A stretch of DNA of 63,661 bases, the filler included, from Bacteroidales bacterium (GTDB lineage: Bacteria > Bacteroidota > Bacteroidia > Bacteroidales > CAIWKO01): the NCBI GenBank assembly GCA_035389045.1. It is 3 parts of 3 records of this genome, joined end to end, with 100 filler letters (N's around TTAATTAATTAA, not from the genome) between each part and the next. Parts side by side here need not be neighbours in the genome. Positions count along the whole stretch, not along the records: positions 1 to 26,346 come from DAOORA010000064.1; 2 more parts are not named here. One strand, 5' to 3'. Of the stretch, positions 10,268-19,045 are shown piece by piece. The translations under genes were made by a program, and so were the position numbers. The notes beneath the pieces are model-generated. The model searched no databases and was not told the DNA's origin. It saw only the letters and a list, made by a program, of their open reading frames with translations. The stretch's first letter is position 1. The number at the start of each line of letters is the position of its first letter.

Positions 10268-10765
10268 TTAAAAATAATTTCGATACATATCTTGCATCGG
10301 GATGAGATTTTCAGGACATTTTTCGTGCCATGCAAGAAAGCCGGCATCGTTAACGCTCAATCCCGTTGAGTTCAATACAAATTGTTCCGACAAAAAACAT
10401 TTAAATAACAAGGAAATAAAGTGGCCTCTTGTTCTACTTTCTGCTATAATAGTCTGACAAATAGCAACCGGACCGGGTTCAAATTCTACCGGTGTTCCTA
10501 TTTCGACTTTGGCAACCTCAATAATTCTGTTTTCAATAGTTTCCTTAAACCGGATAATACCGCCGGGGACATGCCAGCCGGTGCCGCAGTATGTGTCGTC
10601 TCTCCAGGATAGCAGTGTCCGGTTTCTTTCGTCTTTTATAAGCAGGTCAACATTAATCATCGGGGTAATCCCGCTGACAAACAAAAAAACATCTTCCGGC
10701 AAGCCATCACAGGGGTTGGAAATACCGTCATATATCACTTTTAAAGCATCGCTGATTTTCATCAT
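10268..10765 (-). CDS. NUDIX hydrolase, GDP-mannose mannosyl hydrolase (Gmm/WcaH)-like
   Basis: TPMINVDLLI...WHVPGGIIRFKETIENRI...EIG, HFISL. Confidence 0.75.
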   Translation of the reverse strand: MMKISDALKVIYDGISNPCDGLPEDVFLFVSGITPMINVDLLIKDERNRTLLSWRDDTYCGTGWHVPGGIIRFKETIENRIIEVAKVEIGTPVEFEPGPVAICQTIIAESRTRGHFISLLFKCFLSEQFVLNSTGLSVNDAGFLAWHEKCPENLIPMQDMYRNYF

Positions 10766-10766
10766 C

Positions 10767-11660
10767 TTAAAATGGTTGTTCCATAAAACCAATATCCTTA
10801 TCGATGATATGTTTGTTTAACACATACCATTCGTATAACATTTTTAAACCCACATCAAGGGGTGTAAATTCAAAGCTTTTCATTTCTTTCAGCAACAGCG
10901 TATTGTCACCGCTGTATTCTGTTCCAAGTCCATCTTTCTGAAAGGTAACGCTTAATTTTTTCCCGGATAGTTCCACAATTTTTCCGGCAATGGTTTTATA
11001 ATCAGTCACATTGCCCGAACAGACGTTATAAACTTTTTGCGACGGGGTATGTTCGGCAAACCATTCCACAATTTTCACCAGGTCGCCGGCGAACAAGAAA
11101 TCCGCAAATTTATTCTGACCGATGCGGACAGGCATGTTCATGACTACCTGACAACAGACATTCGGTATCAACCGGGTTTTCCAGTCATCATCGTGTCCGT
11201 ATACGCCAAAAAGCCTCAGGTTGTATATGTTGTTGTTCAGCAGGGTAAATTTTGTCATCAGGTATTTTGAAAAGCCGTACTGGTCGGCCGGGACAAAAGT
11301 ATCAAAGTAATTTTCCTTCATTCCGGGGATCCAGTTTTCGCGCCCGAATTCTGCCCCGCTGCCAAAATAGATCATCTTGCCGAAAAAACCACTGCATCTT
11401 GCAACATTGAAAAACATTTTCAGGTTGTTTTCCAGCACCATCATTGGATTTTTCACAGAATGGCGGGGGGCTGCATCGTAAGTGGCTGTGTGTATAACAA
11501 CATCAAAGCGGTGTTTTTTAATAAAATCCTCAACTTGTGATATGACCAGTAAGTCCAGTTCCTGCCGTGCGGGCGCCAGAACCTCGTATTTGCCCTGAAA
11601 CTCCCCGGCCAGATTTCGGGCAATAAAACCATTTCCACCGGTGATCAATAGTTTCATCAT
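10767..11660 (-). CDS. NAD-dependent epimerase/reductase (extended SDR), YerF-like position
   Basis: LLITGGNGFIA, GSGAEFG, YGFSK, LRLFGVYG; ATGA overlap with the upstream ThDP enzyme. Confidence 0.85.
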   Translation of the reverse strand: MMKLLITGGNGFIARNLAGEFQGKYEVLAPARQELDLLVISQVEDFIKKHRFDVVIHTATYDAAPRHSVKNPMMVLENNLKMFFNVARCSGFFGKMIYFGSGAEFGRENWIPGMKENYFDTFVPADQYGFSKYLMTKFTLLNNNIYNLRLFGVYGHDDDWKTRLIPNVCCQVVMNMPVRIGQNKFADFLFAGDLVKIVEWFAEHTPSQKVYNVCSGNVTDYKTIAGKIVELSGKKLSVTFQKDGLGTEYSGDNTLLLKEMKSFEFTPLDVGLKMLYEWYVLNKHIIDKDIGFMEQPF

Positions 11661-13465
11661 TTGTCTTCCAGTGGTTTTATGATCATATTCTGCCTGAATT
11701 CGTCCCTGTCGAGAAAAGGCCAAAGGTCTTCCAGCGGCCTCGAGATCATCCGTCCGTCTTCCGTTTTATAGCTCATCATCCGCGGCGCTGTAACCTGGTC
11801 GGGGTTGATCAGAAGCTCACACAATACCGGCCCGTTGTAATCCAGTATCTGCCGGATGTTTTCTTTTAATTCGGGGTTATTGGCGATCCGGAATGTTCTG
11901 ATCCCGTGTGCGTCGGCCACCCTGCAGAAATCCGGCAGTGTAAGGCCGCTGCCGGTGCTGCTGCCGGCGAATCGTCCTTCGAAGTAAGCTTTTTGTGTAA
12001 TGCGTATCGAGCCGTATCCTTTATTGTTCAACACAAATATTTTAACCGGAAGTTCAAGCCGTTTCAGGGTTTCCAGCTCCTGAATATTCATCACGAACCC
12101 GCCGTCGCCGTCAATGCATACGGTTCGTTTTTTTTCGCTTGCCAGGCAGCCGCCGATTGCGGCCGGTAAGCCAAATCCCATAGGCCCCAGCCCTTCGCTG
12201 TTGAACAGACGCATCCCTTTTTTGATCCTGAAAGCCTGCATAGTCCTTTCGCTGCATGCGCCCGAGCTGCCGGGAATAATAACATCATCAGCGGTCAGTT
12301 CATCCGACAGCAGATCAATGAGGTAATAATCATTTACAAAATCCTTTTGTTCTTTATATTCAGGCAATACCACGGGATACCGGGCTTTCCATTCCTTACA
12401 TCTGCCGATCCAATAGTTCCTGTCCTTATTTTCGACCAGTGCGATATTCTTTTGAAGTTCTTCGATAAATAATCCGGCATCTGCACAAACGGGCACATCA
12501 ATAAGAGTCATCATTTTATTGATTTCGTGCATATCGGCATCGACCATTATTTTTCGGGCTTCGCGGGCAAAATTCTTATGATTGTATCCTGTCTGGCCAA
12601 AATCGAGCCGCGCCCCGATGATCATAATGGAGTCAGCGTTTTGTTGTACGAAATTGGCGCCTCGTTGTCCGACACTGCCCGGGCGGCCAAAATACCACTC
12701 ATCATTTTCATCAAAAAAATCTATCGTTTTCCAGGTGGTAAGCACGGGTACCTGAAGTTTTTTTACAAGATCGAGAAACAGATGCTCTGCTTTTGCCAGC
12801 CTTATCCCGTTGCCCGCCAAAATCACCGGCCGTTCAGCATTATTAAGCAGTTCAATGGTTCTGGCCACTTGTTCTTTCAGGAGAACGATGTCAACTTTTT
12901 CTATCTGCTCCTCTTCAGAATAGCATTTTAATTTCGTTTCTTCGATACGTGCATCCTGGACATCTAAGGGGATATCAAGCCACGCCGGGCCCGGTCTGCC
13001 GCTTCTTGCCAGGTAAAGCGCCTTTTGCAGGTGGTATTTTACAGACTCAGGATCTGTAATGGTAACAGCATATTTTGTTATGGGCTTCACCATATCAACA
13101 ATGTTGATTTCCTGGAAACCCATCTGCCTCACCTTTCTGTTGCCGATCAGGTCATCCCTCTTCACCTGGCCCGAAAGGATAAGAACCGGTATCGAATCGA
13201 GCCATGCAGAAGCCACCCCGGTGATGGCATTGGTGGCTCCCGGCCCTGTGGTAACAAGCGCCACGCCAATATCATTGGTATACTGTGCGTATGCTTCAGC
13301 GGCGACGGCACAGGCCTGTTCATGCAGGTTTACCGTATATTCAATGGCAGGATGCTTACCCAGTGAATCTACCAGATGCATACATCCTCCGCCGGGAAGC
13401 ATGAACACGTGATTTACACCCGCACCTGCCAGATAGTCGAAAACAAAATCAGATAATTTTTGCAT
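11657..13465 (-). CDS. ThDP-dependent acetolactate-synthase-like carboligase (YerE-like, branched-chain sugar)
   Basis: HEQACAVAAEAYA, VTTGPGATNAITGV, RSGRPGPAWLDIPLDVQ, GDGG...NNKGYGSIR ThDP motif; lies inside a CDP-dideoxyhexose cluster. Confidence 0.85.
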   Translation of the reverse strand: MQKLSDFVFDYLAGAGVNHVFMLPGGGCMHLVDSLGKHPAIEYTVNLHEQACAVAAEAYAQYTNDIGVALVTTGPGATNAITGVASAWLDSIPVLILSGQVKRDDLIGNRKVRQMGFQEINIVDMVKPITKYAVTITDPESVKYHLQKALYLARSGRPGPAWLDIPLDVQDARIEETKLKCYSEEEQIEKVDIVLLKEQVARTIELLNNAERPVILAGNGIRLAKAEHLFLDLVKKLQVPVLTTWKTIDFFDENDEWYFGRPGSVGQRGANFVQQNADSIMIIGARLDFGQTGYNHKNFAREARKIMVDADMHEINKMMTLIDVPVCADAGLFIEELQKNIALVENKDRNYWIGRCKEWKARYPVVLPEYKEQKDFVNDYYLIDLLSDELTADDVIIPGSSGACSERTMQAFRIKKGMRLFNSEGLGPMGFGLPAAIGGCLASEKKRTVCIDGDGGFVMNIQELETLKRLELPVKIFVLNNKGYGSIRITQKAYFEGRFAGSSTGSGLTLPDFCRVADAHGIRTFRIANNPELKENIRQILDYNGPVLCELLINPDQVTAPRMMSYKTEDGRMISRPLEDLWPFLDRDEFRQNMIIKPLEDK

Positions 13466-13466
13466 T

Positions 13467-14042
13467 TTAAACTATAATTTTCTTGAGAAAATCAACTACG
13501 CTTTCCGATGAATTGCTGTTCCACGGTTGAGGGAACAATAATGTCCTTATTCCGTCTTTTTTTGCATCATTGATATGGCTCTCATTATCGTCGATGAAAA
13601 TATCCACATTGCCGAGTGTGCGTAAAAATCCGGCTTTATTAGCATCATAGCATGGAAAATCATCATGGGTGCGTTTTGACGGAACAAAGTGATAGGTCCT
13701 GATCCAGTCACCAAAGTGTTTAAAAACCCATTGTGCTGAACAGGGTGCATAAAAACGCGGTGTGGCCGTTAATACCGCATGACGGAACTGATGGCCATGC
13801 GCCCTGAACCATTCCAGGACATCCATATCCGGCTGAAGCGACTCCCCGTGCTTTATCCTGAACTCATCAAGCGTTTCGAGATATTTTTCGCGGGAAATGT
13901 GAAAGATCTCATGAGGTGGTATCTTATCAATCTGAGCAAACAGCACCATACAAGCGGGGTTGTTCTTCAGCCAGTAACCTTCAAACCAGTCGCGGGTCAG
14001 GTTATTCAACACATCATCAACATCCCAGATTATTGTCTGCAT
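13467..14042 (-). CDS. HAD-superfamily phosphatase, 5'(3')-deoxyribonucleotidase-like
   Basis: IIWDVDDVL motif I, LTAT motif II, NK, IFIDDN motif IV, LLFPQPWN. Confidence 0.8.
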   Translation of the reverse strand: MQTIIWDVDDVLNNLTRDWFEGYWLKNNPACMVLFAQIDKIPPHEIFHISREKYLETLDEFRIKHGESLQPDMDVLEWFRAHGHQFRHAVLTATPRFYAPCSAQWVFKHFGDWIRTYHFVPSKRTHDDFPCYDANKAGFLRTLGNVDIFIDDNESHINDAKKDGIRTLLFPQPWNSNSSESVVDFLKKIIV

Positions 14043-14047
14043 TTTTA

Positions 14048-15565
14048 TTATATGATTGATTTCAGCCACAGGGTGATCTCTGTCTTCCGGTTTTTGTTGC
14101 GGGTAATGGTTTCATCGGTATAATACGAATCGTCTTTATAATGCGTTGAAGAAATTTCTTCGATGATAACACCTGTCTGTGTAAACATTTTATGCTTTAC
14201 TCCCCGCTCAATCACAATGATATCGCCGCTTTTTAACGACCTGGCCACTCCGTCGAGCGTCAGTTCAAGGGTCCCGTACATGATGTGGAAGGTTTCTTCT
14301 TTTTGCTTATGGTATTGCTCAGGATGTGTCTGCCCGGGTAAAAGGATAATGAGTTTTTTGCAGTATTCACGGTTGATAAAATTAATAATGGTGGTACCTG
14401 CCTCATAATACTTGTCTATCCCGTAATGATGCGAGATTTCAAAATCCACTTTATCGGGGACGGAAACCCTGCTTTCAATTATATACTTGCTGACATCTGT
14501 GGTAATAGCGAGCACTTTTTCTCTAAGCTCCATTTTTTTGGTATCTGTAAACAGTATCGCTTCATTTTTCCTGATGTCTTTCAGCAGCCGGAATTCGGTG
14601 TATTTTGAAAAATCATTGGCCGTTATTTGCCCTTCACCGACCGGAATGGCAAAAAACACATCTTCCGTTTCAATTTTTTCTCCATTTTTCAGGTCGTGGC
14701 GTGCAAAAACTCCCCGTCTCAATCCACGGAGGTCGTCCGTTTCTTTTTGCGAAAAGGTATGCCTTTCATCATGATCGCCGCAATACTCAAAAGCTTCTCC
14801 GGCAGCTTTCAGCCATTTGTAAACCTGTTCGGGTTTTGCCGAATAGGCATTCAGCTTATATTGCTCGGTTTCAAGGCCGACATGTTTTTCAAATATCCGC
14901 GCCCCTTTTGCCACCGCTAACTTAATGGAAGTCAGTTCGTCCGGACCTTCATGCGTAGAATATCCAATAGTATGACCGGGGTACCTTTTTCTGAACAGGT
15001 CAATTTGATTCAGGTTAGAATTTTTCGCCGGGGTTGGATATTCTGCAATACAGTGCATCAATGCGAGACTTTTATCCCGGTGTTCAAAAAAGCTGACCAC
15101 CCGGTCGATATTGAATAATTCGACTCCCGCTGTGGATGCAATCAACGGCAGGCGTGTTTTGGAAATTCTTTCGAGCAAAGGCCAGTCGGTGAATGAGCAG
15201 CTTGCTATTTTCAAAAAATCATAACCATGTTCTTCGACCAGGTCCACAGAGGCTTCGTCGAAAGGGGTGCATACCGCCAGGAATCCTTTTTCTTTGATGT
15301 GATCTTTGATTTTCCTGAAATCGTCGGGATTAAGACGTGTTTCCGCAAAACGTTTAATGTATTTTATATCTTTCCGTGTTTGAAAATCCGGATGTATAAA
15401 TGTATCCAGCTGCCTGTACTGCAACTTGAATGCAAAATCAAAACTGAACTCATTAATTATTGCCGCAATTTCATCAATAATTTTACATCCATGTCCGGCA
15501 TCGCCCATGTGATTATTGGCAAGTTCAAATACAAACAATGGTTTATCGCCTGTTTTCATGTTCAT
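14048..15565 (-). CDS. NeuB/SpsE-family PEP-dependent synthase with SAF domain fused to a D-lyxose-isomerase-like cupin
   Basis: ELANNHMGD, KLQ, TPFD, KIAS, LMHCIAEYPT, GYSTHE, FEKHV; SAF LRRGVFARHDLKNGE; cupin NREYCKKLIILLPGQTHPEQYHKQKEETF. Confidence 0.85.
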   Translation of the reverse strand: MNMKTGDKPLFVFELANNHMGDAGHGCKIIDEIAAIINEFSFDFAFKLQYRQLDTFIHPDFQTRKDIKYIKRFAETRLNPDDFRKIKDHIKEKGFLAVCTPFDEASVDLVEEHGYDFLKIASCSFTDWPLLERISKTRLPLIASTAGVELFNIDRVVSFFEHRDKSLALMHCIAEYPTPAKNSNLNQIDLFRKRYPGHTIGYSTHEGPDELTSIKLAVAKGARIFEKHVGLETEQYKLNAYSAKPEQVYKWLKAAGEAFEYCGDHDERHTFSQKETDDLRGLRRGVFARHDLKNGEKIETEDVFFAIPVGEGQITANDFSKYTEFRLLKDIRKNEAILFTDTKKMELREKVLAITTDVSKYIIESRVSVPDKVDFEISHHYGIDKYYEAGTTIINFINREYCKKLIILLPGQTHPEQYHKQKEETFHIMYGTLELTLDGVARSLKSGDIIVIERGVKHKMFTQTGVIIEEISSTHYKDDSYYTDETITRNKNRKTEITLWLKSII

Positions 15566-15620
15566 CAAATTTGTTGTTTCGAAAATTCAATCTGCTGGTT
15601 TAGATTAACGATATCTTTTT

Positions 15621-15628
15621 CAAAATTA
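15621..15628 (-). promoter_or_regulatory. Putative Bacteroidota sigma70 -7 element upstream of the NeuB-like gene
   Basis: TAATTTTG on the minus strand matches TAnnTTTG, within a ~90-bp intergenic gap. Confidence 0.4.
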
Positions 15629-15655
15629 CACAAAGTATTTCAATATTTGTCCACT

Positions 15656-16969
15656 TTACAGTCCATTGACAAAGTCATCCAGGATGCCTTCGGCATAATC
15701 AAACATTTCTCTTGACAAACCGGGATATGTCCCCAAAAAGAACGTATTGTTCATAATGGTTTCCGTATTCAGCAGGTGATCGGCAACACGCCATGATTTA
15801 TCAGCAAAAGCGGGCTGTTTTATGATGTTTCCTGCAAAAAGGTTGCGGGTTTCGATTAATTTCTCATTCAGCAATGTGGTTAAGGTGTCACGCGTGAAAG
15901 GGGCTTTATCCTTTATTGTCACAATAAAGGCAAACCACGCAGGATCAGCCCCCTCAGTGGCTTCGGGCAAAATAAAGTAATCAGGATATTTTGCAAAGAT
16001 ACGGGTCCACTCCCGGAAATTCTTTTTACGTTTTTCGCAGAAATCAGGGAGTTTGTCTATTTGTGCGGCCCCTATAGCGGCCTGTATGTCGGTCATTTTT
16101 AAATTATAACCGATCTCCGAATACACGTATTTATGGTCGTATCCCGAAGGCAGTTGCCCGAACTGTCGTGAAAAACGGCTACCACAGGTGTTGTTATCGC
16201 CCCCGGCACAGTAACAGTCGCGTCCCCAATCGCGGAAAGCGCGAATTATCTTTGCCAATTGCGGATCGTTAGTGCATACGGCTCCTCCTTCGCCGGTGGT
16301 GATGTGGTGTGCCGGATAAAAAGAAAGCGTTGAAATATGCCCGAAAGTTCCGGTGAATCCGGATTTGTATTTACTGCCAAAGGCATCGCAGTTGTCTTCA
16401 ATAACCCATAAATTATGCTTATGGGCTAGTCCCATAACAGCATCGACATTAAACGGATTCCCGAGGGTATGGGCAATGAAAATGCATCGGGTACGTGGAG
16501 TGATGGCTCTGCGCATCATGTCAGCGTCAATGTTATACCCGGGAATTTCCACATCAACGAATACCGGTACTAGTCCATTTTGAATGATGGGGGTCACTGT
16601 AGACGGGAAACCTGCTGCAACGGTGATCACCTCGTCACCGGGGATCATCTTACGGTTGCCCAGTTTCCTGGACATAAGAGCGGATAAAGCCAGCAGGTTG
16701 GCTGAAGAACCCGAATTGACGAGTAAGATGTGTTTTATTTTTAAAAACTCCGAAATTTTAGCGGTAAATTGTTCTGAAAAACGGCCCTCGGTGAGCCAGA
16801 AATCAAGCGAGGCCTCCACAGCATTGATGAGTTCGCATTCATCAAAAACCCGGCCGGCATAGTTTATCAGGGTTTTTCCCGGGATAAATTCTTTCTGTTC
16901 AAAATACGCACGATAATATTCCGCTGTTTTTTCCAGAATTTCTTTCCGTAGTTGTTTATGATCAGACAT
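15656..16969 (-). CDS. rfbH: CDP-4-keto-6-deoxy-D-glucose 3-dehydratase (E1, RfbH/DdhC)
   Basis: DFWLTEGRF, NSGSSANL, AAGFPSTV, AHTLGNPF, EDNCDA, SFYPAHHITTGEGG (His in place of the PLP Lys), RDWGRDCYC...NTC Fe-S Cys, YDHKY. Confidence 0.93.
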   Translation of the reverse strand: MSDHKQLRKEILEKTAEYYRAYFEQKEFIPGKTLINYAGRVFDECELINAVEASLDFWLTEGRFSEQFTAKISEFLKIKHILLVNSGSSANLLALSALMSRKLGNRKMIPGDEVITVAAGFPSTVTPIIQNGLVPVFVDVEIPGYNIDADMMRRAITPRTRCIFIAHTLGNPFNVDAVMGLAHKHNLWVIEDNCDAFGSKYKSGFTGTFGHISTLSFYPAHHITTGEGGAVCTNDPQLAKIIRAFRDWGRDCYCAGGDNNTCGSRFSRQFGQLPSGYDHKYVYSEIGYNLKMTDIQAAIGAAQIDKLPDFCEKRKKNFREWTRIFAKYPDYFILPEATEGADPAWFAFIVTIKDKAPFTRDTLTTLLNEKLIETRNLFAGNIIKQPAFADKSWRVADHLLNTETIMNNTFFLGTYPGLSREMFDYAEGILDDFVNGL

Positions 16970-16998
16970 AACAATATTTTTAAGCATGATGGGACATT

Positions 16999-18087
16999 TT
17001 ACAACAGATGGTTGTAATATTCCGAAATCTGGGCTTCAGTAACTTTTTGTATGTTTTGACCTGAAAGATAAGCTTTGTTCCAATCGACAATGTTCCGAAG
17101 TGCTGTTTCTATATCCCACTGCGGTTGCCATCCCAATTCGTTTTTTGCCTTGGAGCAGTCTAATTTCAGGTATGTGGCCTCATGCGGCCCGGTATTTTTA
17201 TCCATCCGGAATGAAGCGTCTTTGCCCCAATAGCTGCACAATGCAGTAATGATCCATTCCACACTTCTTGCATCCTTGTCTTCCGGGCCGAAATTCCAGG
17301 CTTCCGCATATTTAACACCATCAGCATATAGTTTTTCAGCCAGTTTCAGGTACCCCGACAAAGGTTCAAGGACGTGCTGCCATGGTCGTATGGCGGCGGG
17401 ATTGCGTACCGTGAGTTTTTTTCCTTTGGAAACGGCTTTAACAAAGTCAGGGATCAGGCGGTCTTCGGCCCAGTCGCCCCCGCCGATAACATTGCCAGCC
17501 CGTGCCGATGCAACAGCCACACCATGCTTACTGTACTCTTCCGCATTAAAAAAAGAACTCCTGAACGCCGACGTGACCAGTTCCGAACAGGCTTTGCTGT
17601 TGGAATAGGGATCGTAGCCCCCCATGGGTTCGTATTCCCTGTATCCCCAGAGCCATTCATGGTTTTCGTAACATTTATCGGTGGTGACATTGATCACGGC
17701 TTTTATACCGGGAACATGCCGCACGGCTTCCAGCACATTCACCGTCCCCATCACATTGGTGGAATAGGTTTGCACCGGGTCGTGATATGACCTGAGCACC
17801 AGCGCCTGGGCAGCCATATGGATGATGATTTCGGGCTTTACCTTTTTGATCGTTGCCAGCACTTTTTCATAATCCCTGATATCACCGATATATGAGGTGA
17901 TACATTCATGGATCCGGGCATCCGCAAATAAGCTCGGGTTTGTAGGCGGTTCAAGGGCATAACCATACACATCGGCGCCCAGTCTTTTGAGCAGCAGGCA
18001 GAGCCATGAACCTTTAAACCCGGTGTGTCCGGTAATTAAAACCTTTTTGCCGACCCAGAAATTTTCAGTTTGTATTTTTTTTACCAT
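16999..18087 (-). CDS. rfbG: CDP-glucose 4,6-dehydratase
   Basis: LITGHTGFKGSWL, HMAAQALV, TTDKCYEN, DPYSNSK, RAGNVIGGGDW, RPWQHVLEPL. Confidence 0.96.
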   Translation of the reverse strand: MVKKIQTENFWVGKKVLITGHTGFKGSWLCLLLKRLGADVYGYALEPPTNPSLFADARIHECITSYIGDIRDYEKVLATIKKVKPEIIIHMAAQALVLRSYHDPVQTYSTNVMGTVNVLEAVRHVPGIKAVINVTTDKCYENHEWLWGYREYEPMGGYDPYSNSKACSELVTSAFRSSFFNAEEYSKHGVAVASARAGNVIGGGDWAEDRLIPDFVKAVSKGKKLTVRNPAAIRPWQHVLEPLSGYLKLAEKLYADGVKYAEAWNFGPEDKDARSVEWIITALCSYWGKDASFRMDKNTGPHEATYLKLDCSKAKNELGWQPQWDIETALRNIVDWNKAYLSGQNIQKVTEAQISEYYNHLL

Positions 18088-18857
18088 AATTTCCACTCAC
18101 ATTTGTCTGACGACCATATTTTTTCTAAATCTTCTTTATCACGGATGGTATCCATAGGCCTCCAGAAGCCATAATGCTTGTACGCATACAATTGAGCCTC
18201 TCTGGCCAGAGCCTCCAGCGGTTCTCTTTCCCAGATCGTGGAATCGTCCCTGATGTAGTCAAAAACTTCGGGCTGAAGAACAAAAAATCCGGCATTGATC
18301 CATGCATTATCCCCTTTGGGCTTTTCCTGAAATGCAAAGATCTCCACAGAATTTTCATCATTGAAATGAATGGCTCCAAACCGTCCGGTGGGCTGCGTGA
18401 CAGTGACGGTGGCCAGTTTTTTTTGCGAATGATGAAAATCAACCAGTTCTTTGATATTCACATTACCCACCCCATCACCGTATGTCAGCATAAATGGTTC
18501 ACTGCCGATATATTCCTGCACTCTTTTTATTCTGCCCCCGGTCATGGTATCCATTCCGGTATCAATCAGGGTGATCTTCCAGGGTTCCGCATTTGACTGG
18601 TGAATATCAATTTTGTTTTTTTGCAGGTCAATAGTAACATCGGCCTGATGCAGGAAATAGTTGGCAAAATATTCCTTAATCAAGAATCCTTTATACCCAC
18701 AGCAGACGATAAATTCATTGTAGCCATAATGAGAATATATTTTCATTATGTGCCAGAGTATGGGTTTTCCGCCTATTTCGACCATGGGTTTAGGTTTCAG
18801 GCCCGTTTCTTCGCTTAATCGGGTTCCCAGCCCTCCTGCTAAAATAATTACTTTCAT
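18081..18857 (-). CDS. rfbF: Glucose-1-phosphate cytidylyltransferase
   Basis: ILAGGLGTRLSEET..KPKPMVEIGGKPILWHIMK, TMTGGRIKR, LTYGDG, INAGFF, GFWRPMDT. Confidence 0.96.
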   Translation of the reverse strand: MKVIILAGGLGTRLSEETGLKPKPMVEIGGKPILWHIMKIYSHYGYNEFIVCCGYKGFLIKEYFANYFLHQADVTIDLQKNKIDIHQSNAEPWKITLIDTGMDTMTGGRIKRVQEYIGSEPFMLTYGDGVGNVNIKELVDFHHSQKKLATVTVTQPTGRFGAIHFNDENSVEIFAFQEKPKGDNAWINAGFFVLQPEVFDYIRDDSTIWEREPLEALAREAQLYAYKHYGFWRPMDTIRDKEDLEKIWSSDKCEWKLW

Positions 18858-19045
18858 AAATATTTTTTCAATAGTGTTATTAACAAGATGTTTTCATTAA
18901 CAAATGTATTGATTTTGTTGGTTAATTTAAATAAAATTTTCACTACTGTCCGACAAATAATATTTTATTACAATGCCATTTACAATATCCGCCACGGCTG
19001 ATTGTGCGGCAAGAGGGGATGGTTTAACAATAGAAAAAGAAGGTT

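Noticed and set aside
11657..13465. Housekeeping ilvB
   Set aside because: No ilvN/ilvC/ilvD nearby; coupled to sugar genes
14048..15565. Sialic/legionaminic/pseudaminic acid pathway
   Set aside because: No NeuA, NeuC or Pse/Leg precursor genes; context is CDP-dideoxyhexose
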